From the NCBI GenBank assembly GCA_001724265.1, contig MEDY01000076.1, positions 1-64,000 on the forward strand: 64,000 nt of DNA. Reading direction: 5' to 3'. Within the stretch, counting starts at the first letter, position 1, and the number at the start of each line of letters is the position of its first letter. Under the pieces are notes generated by a model. That model made no database searches and was not told where the DNA came from. It was given only the letters and a program-made list of their open reading frames with translations. The stretch comes from Rhizaria sp. SCN 62-66 (taxonomy: Eukaryota). Below, piece after piece: positions 39,725-51,151 of this stretch. The translations under genes and the position numbers were made by a program.

Positions 39725-40666
39725 TCACAGGTCGCTTTGCACCGACGACGAGTCGCCGGTCTGGTAAGCCCCCGAGCGCTTGCAGCCGCCCTTGGTGAAC
39801 AAGACACCGGCCACGCAGTTGTCCTTAAGCGCGAGCCAGACGGCCTTGTTGGGGCAGGCCTCGCGGCCGAGCGAAAGCCCGTTGCGCTTCCAGTTCCACA
39901 CGCAGCCGGCGACGACGTAGACAAAGACGGCGACGAAGAACAGAATGAGGAAGATGGAGCCGCCCGAGAGGCCCCCGTCACCGTCGTCGTCGCCGCCGCC
40001 GCCCAGGCAGCCCGCTGGGTGGTCGACGGTGAAGATGATGCGCATGACGTCGTCCGCGTCATACTCGCGGCTCGACACGGGCGTGCCCGCCTTCTTAGCG
40101 CAGTTGACGTTGACTTGGAGGCGCGTGTCGTCGATAAACTTGTCCACGGCGTTGCGGAACTCGAGCTGCACGCCCGCCGCCGTCGTCGCGGCCATGTAGA
40201 TGTCCGCGTCGGAGCGCCAACGTGCGGCCGAGAGGAAATAGGCCTGTTTCTCGGTCACGACGCAGAATGCGGCCTAGTCGTTCTAGCAGCGCGCGACGGG
40301 GGCAGCGACGCCGCAGAACTTGTAGTAGAGCTGCAGCGACGAGGCGGCCGGCAGCGGAACCATCGCAACGTCCTGCGCAAAGGCCTGCAGGTTGAAGGTA
40401 TCGCCTGTTCAGGTGGTGAAGATGTGCGTACGAACAATAGAGCAAGGAATTGATGAGGGGAGGCGAAAAGCAAAGGAGGATGGTAGGGTTCTTATGCAGG
40501 GATACAAAGTAGATCCAAGATAGAGACAAAGCGGGATACAAATTAAGCGCATATGATATGTACCGTGCGTAGTTGTAACGCTGCACTTGTTCTTGGCGGC
40601 GACTAGGGTGGAGGAGAGCGCGAGCAGCAGCACGAGTAGTGCTGAGCGGAGGACGCCGGATTGCAT
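39725..40666 (-). CDS. Mannose-6-phosphate-receptor/ATG27-like type I membrane protein, paralog A (~260 aa); exons 40666-40564, 40404-39725; two in-frame TAG codons (40285-40283, 40276-40274)
   Basis: Signal peptide, Cys-containing luminal domain, transmembrane GLSGGSIFLILFFVAVFVYVVAGCVWN and cytosolic GREACPN..W. Colinear with paralog B across both TAGs, with the same intron position and phase. Stop is TGA. Confidence 0.8.
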
Positions 40667-41333
40667 TCTATACAGGGGATATACGACAAGCGCAGAGTTT
40701 CATAAAAATTCGTGATATATAGAATGACAAGTATTGGTATTTTAACATCACCAACAAGTTATTAAACGAGATAATGTTCATATAAGCCTTGAAGGCGTGT
40801 GAGAGGCGATGAAGTGTGAGGGGCTGACGAGCGACGTGCCCAATGTGCGAGAGATGCTACAGGGCAAGAAATACAATGTCGCAGAATTGATAATTAAGAA
40901 AACAAGACAAATACACATGGATCGTTGATAACAAAGTACTTTCACGCGACTTTGTTGAAGCGTTACATGGCGAGTCAATTGCGAAGATCGACGCGATGGA
41001 GTGGTGCCAAAAGGCTCAAATCAGCCACAAACCGCGACAAAACGCGCAAATGACGCACTTCATAGAACAAGATGAACTTTGACAACAGTGAATCTAGAGT
41101 ATAAAACCAAAGTGATTGTTTATATTGTTTTCTAATACTAAGTAACATGAAGTCTGTCCAACATATACGCTGAATTACCTCACAAATATCTGTAGGTTGA
41201 CACCCCTTTCAAGTCGTCACATTCAACACAAGGACGGATCTAGAGTCATCCAAACAACTCGCACAGAAAGCAGGGCTATCCTTGATCACACAAAAGACCT
41301 AAGAGAATATAAAGACACCACATATAACCCATT

Positions 41334-42300
41334 TCAGAGCTCATTGTGGCCGGTGTCGTTGCTGCTCGTGTGGTACGTGCCACTGCGCTTGCAGCCGTTG
41401 CGGGTGAACATGACTCCCGCCACACAGTTATCCCTCAGCTTGCACCACATCTCACGGTTGGGACAGGCTTCCCGGCCCAATGCAAGCCCGTTCCTGCGCC
41501 AATTGATGCAGCAGCCAGCGACAATGTACGCTAGGATGAGCGATGTGAAGACGATCAGGAAGATGGAGCCACCAGAGAGGCCCGACTCTGCGCTGACTTT
41601 GCACCCCGCAGGGCTATCAATGGTGAAGTAAACGTTTATCTTGTCACTCGTCGCGCTTGACTCGCGGTGCGCCACGGGTGATCCGGCCGTTTCAGCACAG
41701 TTCACGACGACATGCATGTATACGTCGTCGAACAGCGTATCCAAAGCGTTGTGAAACTCAACATGAACGCCAGTTGCGGTCGTTTCCGCCATGAAGACAT
41801 CGTCCTTACGGCGCCAGCGCGCGGCGGTAAGCTGGTACTCCCCGTCGTCGCCGGAGAGCAGACAGAACGCGGCCTCGGCCGACTGGCACTGCGGGTTAGC
41901 TGTGACGGTGCCACAGAACATCCCATGTAGAGTCAGCGACAAGGTGTCTTTGACTGGTGTGACAGTGGCGCTTTGCGCAAGAACACTCAAGTCGAAGGTG
42001 TGCCCTACAGTTGGGTACGTGGCAGTGCAGTAACACGCGGATTCATGGCGCTTAAGAATGAGATATCTTGTAAATTGTATGTTCAACTTTACTTTTAGGT
42101 TTGCGCGCGCGTGATGAAATCGAAGATAAGGACCACATCAAAGAAGTTTAAGAGTACGAGGGCGTAACATCACATAATTCACCAAAATCTATCGTAAAGG
42201 TACCTTGAATAGTGTTCACACTGCAGGATGCACTTACTGTGGCTCTACTCGCAATACAAGAGAGTATCACGAGCGCCACAGCAAGCACGGCAGCACGCAT
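41334..42300 (-). CDS. Mannose-6-phosphate-receptor/ATG27-like type I membrane protein, paralog B (~255 aa); exons 42300-42204, 42004-41334
   Basis: Signal peptide MRAAVLAVALVILSCIASRA, then CSVNTIQ|GHTFDL, transmembrane GLSGGSIFLIVFTSLILAYIVAGC and GREACPNREMWCKLRDNCVAGVMFT. Stop is TGA. Confidence 0.82.
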
Positions 42301-42976
42301 GCTGAACCTAAAAAGGCAGATTTACATAATGGTTTAATGAGGTGTAGACATAGGGGTGAAGTAAGTTGAATAAAGATTAGGTTTGCATGCGGCAGACTCC
42401 GTTTCTTTGACTGAGGGAAACGCTGCTTTGCTGGCCGTCGTATGATTTGAGTGTCGATATCATCTGCTTGTCTCCTTCGCAGCAAGAAGCAAAGAGTCAG
42501 GACAGCAACCTTAGTAGAGGCTGGAGGAAAAGCCGCCACATTGAGATGGTTATACGATCAGATTGACAATTTTTACTGAACGATGACTCTATGTCATGTG
42601 GCTATGCCGAGATACAGCTCATTTTGTGAGTTGCTATTGGCGATCTGCGAGCAGAGCTTCTTGACTCTACAGAGTTCGCGTTGCCCTACACCGCATTGCA
42701 CTCAGCAAGCTGTATAATTAAGAGGTCAAACACACAACTTGCGCATTATTCCTGACATAGGCTCTGTAGTGCCGTTGACGGAACTCCCACTTCGTTCTAT
42801 CAAGAGTTTCTCATCGTTCAGCTCATCACCCACGAAACTGCCGCTGCCCCGCTTTTGCTTTCTATACTTCGCAACACTTACAAGCTTGTGCATTCAACGC
42901 AATTTTCCTTGCTTAATTTGTCCCCGCAGTGGGTTTAGCTTATTAGCAGGTTGGCATAGGCGTTATCTGGCGTACA

Positions 42977-45900
42977 ATGGACGCCCCCTCGTCTCTCTTT
43001 ATCGCTCCCGCCCCCTCGACCGCCTCGGTCTTGGCCGCCCACGCTGCGCCTTTCTCCGCGGCCCCGTCGGTCCCGCTGCCGCCGCCGCTGTCTCCACGCT
43101 ACGGCAAGGGCGCGGCCAACACGGAGGCCGTGTCGTCGCGCACTAACGCGCGCTACGCTGACGTCTTTGCCCGCACTGCAACGCACTCGCACTCGCCCTC
43201 ACACTCTAGCTCTAGCTTCAACTCTAACTCTAGCTCTGGTGCCGTCGGCGCTGGAAGCAGCAGTACGGGGACGTTGCAGCATAGCAATAGTACGCTGTCG
43301 CTGCCACGCATATTGAAACCGCCATCAGTAGTCGCAGTTGCTACAACAACGGCAACTACTTCTACTGCGTCATCGCCCAATGCGACTGTAACAAGCGCAG
43401 GTGCAGGAGCAGTAGGAGGCGCGGGCTCTGGAGGAAGCACAGCGACTGTGGCTGCCGTGTTGGCGGCCCAGGCTAGCCCGCGGCGCAATCCCAAAAGCAA
43501 TGCTATCGTCAATACTGGCATCAACTGCAGCAACAACGCTGCTGTTACTGCGACTGCAGCGACAACTGATTCTGTTGTCACCTCCAGCGCAAGCAGTGCT
43601 CCTGCGACAGCAGCTGCAACTAACAACAGTGTGGCAACGCCTGCGAAACCCTCTTTCCGCGTTCTGAGCAACAAGTCTGCAGTCGCAGCGGTAGAAGCAG
43701 CAGACGCTTACAGTCTCACGACGACCGCAACAGCGGGCACTGCGCTCAACGGAGGTCCCTACAACGTCAGCGAGGGGAAGCGCGATGTAAGTGGGCTGGG
43801 GTCACGGTTCGTTCGTTTCCACCACAACTCGCTGCCACCGTGCGACACGAGCCTTAGCAAGAGCAACACCGCTAGTCACACAAATGCACACAAGAACAAC
43901 GCAAGCGCAGCACATGCTCGCAGCAGCGGCGATGCGCCAAAAGCAGCTTCTGAGAGCGCTCCGGCCGAGGGCAAACATAATCCTCATACTGCAGCTCCTG
44001 AAGCTCCGAGTGCAGCTCAAAGTACTCAATCTAGTAACACTGCGATCGCAAACCCTTTTGCTTCGGCTGCTGCTGCTGAGACCAACCATGCATCTGACAA
44101 CGTTGCTCCTGCTGCAGCGTGCGGGAACACATCCGTCCCAAGCCCAGTTGCGGCCGCGAACGCAACCCCAGCTCATAGCTCTAGCTCTAGCTCTGGCTCT
44201 AGCTCTAACTCTAGTTCCAGCTCTAGCTCTAACTCTCGCTCTAGCTCTAGCTCTTGCTCGAGCTTGAGCTCTAACCTGAGCAAGTCCTCTGGCTCTGGCT
44301 TGAGCTCTAGCCCCAAGGCAGTGGCGGTTGCGAGCATTAGCTCGAGCACTGCTCCCGTCGCTGCAATGTCTCACGAGCAGCTTGTCTCCGAAGTCACTTA
44401 TCTCCGGGCAGCAGTCGCCGCCGCCGCTGCCGCGACAACAGGATTATCACCTGCAAACGCAACCTCCGCCGCTGCCGCCGCCGCTGCTGCTGCTGCCGCT
44501 TCTGCTGCCGAGGCCGAGCTCGAGCTGATCATCCTCCGTCGCCTCACCTCTAAGGGGGCGCTTAAATCTGCCAGTAACAGCAAGTCCCACTCCGCCACCG
44601 ACGGCGCAACTGACGGAGACGGTGAGGCCGATAACGCCGTCCTGGTGGCCGCACTCACCGCGCGCTGCGACGCGCTGACTGAGGCCGCGGCCGCGCAGCA
44701 CGCGCGCCTCGCCCAGACCGGGGGCCAGCTCGCCACAGAGCGCGCGCGCGCTGAGGCGGTGACGCGGGAGCTGGCCGCGGCTCTTACCCGCGCCGAGGGC
44801 CTTACAGCCGCGCTGGCGGCGGTCCGGCGGCAGCGGGAGGCGCAGCACCGCGCGCTAGAGACCGCCCGGGGCGACATCGCGGCCGTCTCGGCCCGGGCCA
44901 CGCGCGCGACACACGTGCTTACGCTGACGCAGGCCAAGGAGGCCGAGGCCGAGCAGTCGGCCGCCGCCGCGACCGCCGCCGCCGCCGCCGCGGCCGCGGG
45001 CGGGGGCGCGGCCGCAGCGCGGGCGGAGGAGGCCGAGGCACGCGTGGCGGCTCTGGAGCAGCGCCTCGCAGACTCGGAGGATGCGGCGGCGGCACAGAGG
45101 CAGCGTGCGGCCGCGGCCGAGGCGCGCGCGGACGACGCCGAGGCCGGCGCGCGGTCGCAGAAAGCGCTGGTGGCGGCCGCGGCGGCGCGCGCGCGGGCGG
45201 CCGAGGCCGAGACTGGCCAGTTTCGGGCGCTGGTGGGCGTGCAGGAGCGGGAGCGCGAGGCCGAGTGCAAGGCGCACTCTGCGGAGGCGGCGGCGCTCGC
45301 GGCCAAGGCCGGCAAGGCTGAGCAGGAGCGCGCGGCCGCGGTCAAGCTGTCCGAGACGGCTGTTGCGGACGCGAGCCGGGCTCTTGCCAACGCGGCGGCG
45401 GCCGAGGCTGCTCGTGCGCAGTTGCAGCAGGAGCTCGAGGACGCCGTTGCCGCCGCCAATGCCCACGAGACTGAGCTTTTGCAGCAGCTCGCAGCGAGTA
45501 AGGGCCGGGAAAAGGCGTTGACCGCCGCGAACGAGCAGCTTCAGGCGAAGCTGGCGAGCGCAGAGGACGCCGTCGCCGCCGCGACCAAGGCCCGCACTGC
45601 CGCCGACATCACCATCGCAGAGCTGACTCTAGACCTGCGCAAGTTAGGCCGCGAGCGGTCGCAGCTTGAATCGAGGCTTGAGAACGCCGTCGCCGCCGCC
45701 GCCGCCTCGGCTGCCGAGACGGCCCGCACCCAGGACGCGTTGGGCGCCGCCCGCGGCGAGGGCGCAGCAGCGCGCGCGGCGCTGGAGCAGTGCGGGCGCG
45801 AGCTGCGGACCGCGCAGACCGAGGCCGGGGCCGAAAAAAGGCGCGCAGAGCGGCTCGCGCGCGACGCCGTCGAGTCCGCGCGCGCCGTCGACGTCGCGCG

Positions 45901-47036
45901 CGCGGAGGCGCAGTCGCACAAGGCCGCCGCGGCTGCACTGGAGACGGCGAAGGGGAAGCTCGAGGAGCGCGTGGCGGCGGGCGCGGCGGCGCTGGAGAGT
46001 GCCAAGGCAACTGGGGCGGAGCGCGGCGCGCGCGCGGACCACTTGGCAAAGCAGGTGAACGAGCTCTCAGCGCTGCTGGCGCTGACACAGAGCGAGGCCA
46101 AGGAGGCGCGTCTGGCCGCCGCCGAGGCGCGCGTCAAGGCCGAGAGCGCGCGCATTGCGGCCGCGTCTGGTTCAAGCGGCAGCTCGAGCCGCCGTGGCAC
46201 CGGCGAGAGGGAGGCCGCCGCCGCCGCCGCCGCTGCGTCCAGGGCCGCGGAGGCCGAGGTGGTGTCACTGCGGTCCGCCGTGGCGGCCGAGACGGCGCGC
46301 GCCGCGGCCGCCGAGGCCGAGAATGACGACACGCGGGCGCGGCTGGCGGCCGCCGAAGATCGGGCCGCCTCCGCGGCCACGGCCGCCGCTGCAGAGGCTA
46401 GTCGGCTCGGCTCAGCGCTCGCGCACAGCGAGGCCGCGCTAGCGGCGGCCAAGGCGACGCTCGCGGAGGCGGCGGCACTCGTTACGACCGCGGAGGCCGC
46501 CGCCGCTGAGGCCGACGCGCGCGCGCAGGACGCGCTGCGCAAAGAGGCGGCGACCGCGGCGCGGCACGAGCAGTGCGACCCCACGATCTTCTACCTTGAC
46601 GACCGCGTGCGGGGTCTCGAGGCACGGCTGGCGCGCGAGCAGGGCAGCGAGCGCGTGCTGGGACAGGCGACTGTGCGCGCCGTCGTGGCGCAGCGCGAGC
46701 AGGACGCCGCCGAGCGCGCGCGACAGGAGGCGAGCGATAAGCTAAGCCGTGCTGAGACGGCGGCCGCGAAGGCAATCGCGGAGCTCGAGGCGACGCTGAG
46801 GCGCGCGCTGAGGGCCGAGGCCGAGGCGGAGGTCGCCAAGGCCGCGTTGCAGACTGCTGCGACGACCGCGTCATCGTCCACGGTCGCATCAGCGACGACA
46901 ACAACAACGAGCGCGGGCGCTGCTGGTAGCGGTGGCAAGAAGGGCAAGACTGGCAGCATGAGCAAGAAACCAGCTCTCTTGAACGCTAGTAGTGCTGCGG
47001 CTGCGGTCGCAACGCCCGCACCATCGAGCCCGGATG

Positions 47037-47071
<35 letters not shown>

Positions 47072-48618
47072 GCTGATGACGAAGAGACGGACGCCTTCGA
47101 CCGGGCGGCTACTTTGCCGAACACGCACTCTCAACACAACAATCCTCCTAATGCGGCCAGTCTCTACGGTGCGGGCGCTGGAACACAAGGCGGCTTGACT
47201 TCCGCCGAGGCGGGCTTGAGTGTCACGACCGACTTCGAGCGTCAGCAACGGTTCCAGATCGTCGTGTCGCCGTTCACGCCTTCGTCCACGTCGTCCTCTG
47301 CAGCACTGTCGCGTCCAACGTCGTCGACGTCGCACACGTACACTGGCCACAGCAGCAGCGCCGCCAATAACGCTAACTCGAGCACAACGAGCGGCAGCAG
47401 CAACAGCGCCGTCGTCGCCCCCGCGGCCTCGCCTGCCTTCGCCGTCGCAGCACCCATCCTCGTGTCGCCCACCGGCACTCCCGGCCTGACCGCGACAGGA
47501 GCAGCCACAACAGCAACAGCAGCAGCTGCAACGGCAGCTACAGCGACAGCCACGAAGGCGCCGGCCAAGGTGAGCTTCACCACGACACCTGCTTCTGCCC
47601 GGTCGTCAGCCACAACGACGGCGACGGCGGCGGCGACACGGGCGCCGCAGTCCGCGACCAGGTCGCGCGGCGCTAGCAGGACCAGCGGCGGCGCCAAGGC
47701 CAAGGACGGCGCGGGGAGCTCCTCTCCAGCTGAGACTGGGGCCGAGGCGGCGGTGGAGGCGGAGCTCGTGACCGTGGGCGCGGGGGCGTGGCAAGCAATG
47801 CAGAGCGACTGCGCGGCGGCGACGGCGCAGGTACTTTCACTCACGCTGCGGCTGGAGGCGCTCGAGTCGGAGCTGGGCGAGAGTAAGCGCAGCATGGAGC
47901 GCGCGCGCATCAGCTACCAGATCTCGATGGAGAAGGCTACCAGAGGGGCCATGGCTGCGGCGTCGCCGGCGGCGGCCGCGGCGGCGGTCGCACTCGCGGT
48001 CTCCGGCAGCAACAGCAGCGCCAGGAACAACTACAACACGAGCAGCAACAGCGACAATACCGCTGTCACCAGCAGCAGCAGCAAGAGCAGCGGTGACGCG
48101 AGACACAAGAGCAACAACAGCAGTCCTACTGCTAGTGGGACGGCAACGCTGATGATGATTCGCGCCGACTCTCCCAGCGCTCACGCCGCGACGACTACTG
48201 CGGCTGGTGGCACGGCTACTGCGGCTGCTGCTGCTGGTAGTGAGAGCTCTGTGGTTGATACTGCTGCTGTTAATCCTGCTCCTGTGAGCCAAAACAGCGA
48301 GGTTAGGCCGCCGCCGACGCTGATTGGCGAGGAGAGGGAAGCGATCATTGTTGAGCTTGCAAAGAAAGTACGCCGAAATATTCACATTCAAACTTTATGT
48401 CACTGAGAATTTATGCTGAATCCAATGTTTTTCTTGTCTCATCCTGAACTATTCTTTGCGTTGACTGATTTTTGTTACCCTTTGTGTAGAACGCTGCGTG
48501 CCACGCGTTGGAGCAAATGGTTGCTTCTTTGCGCGCAGCTCTTGCTGCTGCGACTCTCACTGTGCCCCAGCTGCCGTCTGGCCCCAGTATCTTAGCACAT
48601 GCAACAACAGAGCAGTAA
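42977..48618 (+). CDS. Hypothetical ~1,839-aa protein with a long Ala/Glu/Arg-rich coiled coil flanked by Ser/Ala/Thr/Asn low-complexity regions; exons 42977-48367, 48490-48618
   Basis: Long ORF with coding-type codon bias and a heptad-like A/E/R/L composition at ~44640-46850. A GTACGC...TGTAG intron leads to a final exon NAACHALEQMVASLRAAL..., ending in TAA. Confidence 0.75.
44176..44310 (+). repeat. Imperfect (TCTAGC)n hexamer repeat encoding poly-Ser inside the coiled-coil gene; a shorter copy lies at ~43204-43236
   Basis: tagctctagctctagctctggctctagctctaactctag... seen directly. Confidence 0.8.
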
Positions 48619-49331
48619 GACCGCATATGCTGTTTGCGACCGGTCGCGAGTCATGCTATGACTGTCACAACAGATCAGGTGCTCTGAATATCAAGGCGAG
48701 ATATCCCGATGAAAACGCTTTTAAATAGTACAATTTTTAAATATAGTATATTAAGCTTTGCAATTCTTCCAATAAACTCGGTTGACCTTTGAATGCACGA
48801 TTGGTTGGCCTCATGAACCATGTTTTTGCGCGCCTACCACGTGTGTGTGGTGGGGCCCTGCTCACGGTCACTTGTCTCGCCTCCGACCAAGCAAAGCAAC
48901 GAAGGTTTGAGCAGATTTTCGGAGTGTCGATAAGTCGTTGAAGTCACGTCTTCGTGAGATTTTAGACTCAGAATCTGAAATGCAGTTTGCGGAGCTTTAT
49001 GACAAGTTTTTTGTCACGTGGAAGTTTGTCCCGCTTCCCCGTGTGACCACGCTCGAGCTTCTCTTCTGGCTTTCCGGTACGTCACCGATCTCTCCTTCTC
49101 TCTGCCCTGCATTGTCAGCATCTTCCGTCATTGCCCTACTTTGGCCATGGCACTACGTCACTGCAATTGCACTTGACAACATCATACTACTTTTTCATCT
49201 TCATTACACTTTGTCTCCATGCTCATCGTCCTTGTTCTTTGCAATCGCTTTCATTTTCCCGCGCCTACAACCCCGCCCCGCCTCGACCCTACTCCCACGC
49301 CCACTTAGTCACCTTCCTGGCCCTGCTGACC

Positions 49332-50640
49332 ATGCTGGCCAAGGTCTCGACCTTCTTCGCGGCGATCCACTCGAAGCTGCTGCTGTACATCGACGGCGCG
49401 ATCCAGATGGTCGCCAGCCAGGACTCGAAGTGGAAGCAGCCCCCGGACCACACCGCGAGCAACCTTCAGAAGCAGGGCTCCAAGCGCATCGTCTTCATCC
49501 GCCACGGCGAGTCGGCCTGGAACGAGGTCTTCAACCGCGGCTTTGGCCTCAGTTTTATCCCGCGCATCTTCCGCGCCATGCTCCGCGAAGGCACGCTCTT
49601 CCCCACGCCCTACTCGATCTTCTTTGACACCCCGCTTAACGTCGAGGGCATCGACCAGGCGCTCGAGATCGCGTCGTTCCTCGAAGCCGCCCCCGGGTCC
49701 TCCGACGCCACCGTCGCCGAGGTCATCTCCTGCCTGCGCGGCGACACCGCAGAGAACTCGCTCATCGTCTCGTCCAACCTGCGCCGTGCGCTGGCCACCG
49801 TGGCCATCGGCCTCTGGCGCCGCCTCGAGAAGACCAGCGAGCGCATCGTCATCAACTCCATGTGCCAGGTATGTCGATAAACTTTATTCTGCATATAAGA
49901 AGGTCGAGTATCATTTATTTTATGTTGTATCTCATTTTGACCTTTAACTCACATATTTTTGTTGTTAAATCCTTGTTTTTGTCTTTTCATCACAGGAGAT
50001 TTCCCGCAACATCGACTGCATGGCGTCTGCCGAGCCCGGCGCGATTCCCCACATGGAGGGCCCCGACTGCGGCGAGGCGGCCAAGCGCATGGCGCACCCG
50101 AAGCGCGACATGGGCGCCTTTGTCCCCGAGGCCATCTTCAACCCCGCGCTCAACGGCGGCCAGAAGCCCCTCAACGAGCGCGGCGTCGAGCGCCTTCAGG
50201 TACGCCCCAAAACCATTGTCGCACGAGAGCGAGCAATAAGTTATTTGCACTAATTCTGAGCTAAAGTGTATAATTTGTGTTTGTATCCTTCAATTCTTAT
50301 TTTCAGCTCTCTATACTAACATTTGACGTGCTTTATCTTTGCTATTGTTTCCATATAGGCATTCGCCGAGTGGGTTTTCACCCGCCCCGAGCAGACGATC
50401 ATCGTCGGCGGCCACTCCCTCTGGTTCCGCAACTTCTTCAAGGCCTTCTTGGCGCGCTCCGACGACCACGTGTCCAAGGCGCAGAAGATGGTCAACGGCG
50501 GCATCGTCGCACTGACCCTCAATGTCGGCGCCGGCCAGGACCGCAGCGCGGCGCACTGGATCGAGCCCGGCTCTATCACCGTCGTCCACGGCGGGTTTGA
50601 GGCCCCCAAGGGCAAGGGCAGCAAGAACAAGCGCGTCTAA
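49332..50640 (+). CDS. Histidine phosphatase (phosphoglycerate mutase-like) family protein; exons 49332-49868, 49996-50199, 50359-50640
   Basis: Motifs IVFIRHGESAWN (RHG), DTPLNVEG, VSSNLRRALAT, Q|EISRNID and IIVGGHSLWFR. Stop is TAA. Confidence 0.9.
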
Positions 50641-51151
50641 GCTGCTCAGTCTGCAGCTCAGCCGCGAAAAAGAAGACGCCGAGGGGTCAAGCGCAGCAAA
50701 GTGCTCCTGAGGTGACCTGGGATTTTGTAAAAGATGTGTGTTTTTTAGACTTGCTATTATTTGTGTATTGATCTGTGTATTTGTCTGTGTATTTTTATCA
50801 CAATAACAACAATGAGTATTGTTTGTTTCGCTACCGTTTTTTTTTTTGTGAGTGACATTGAATACAACCGTCGTCCTTATCCACTATGCTTCAAGTCGTT
50901 TGTCCATTTGGGACCCGTCATCTGTATCATCGCTCCCGAAATATCACATCGCCAAATGACCTTGGAAATTGATTGACAATTTCATTTTATTATACTGCCT
51001 TTACATCCATTTTTAATATTATCGACTGACTTTCGTATATCACATACAAAGTCCTTGATTGTCAACTTCGGCTCACGACTTAAAGTCTTTGCTTGTGTCA
51101 ACTTCCAGACTTCTGTTGAGCTCAACACAGTCGCGCGCAAACAAAGCCCGC

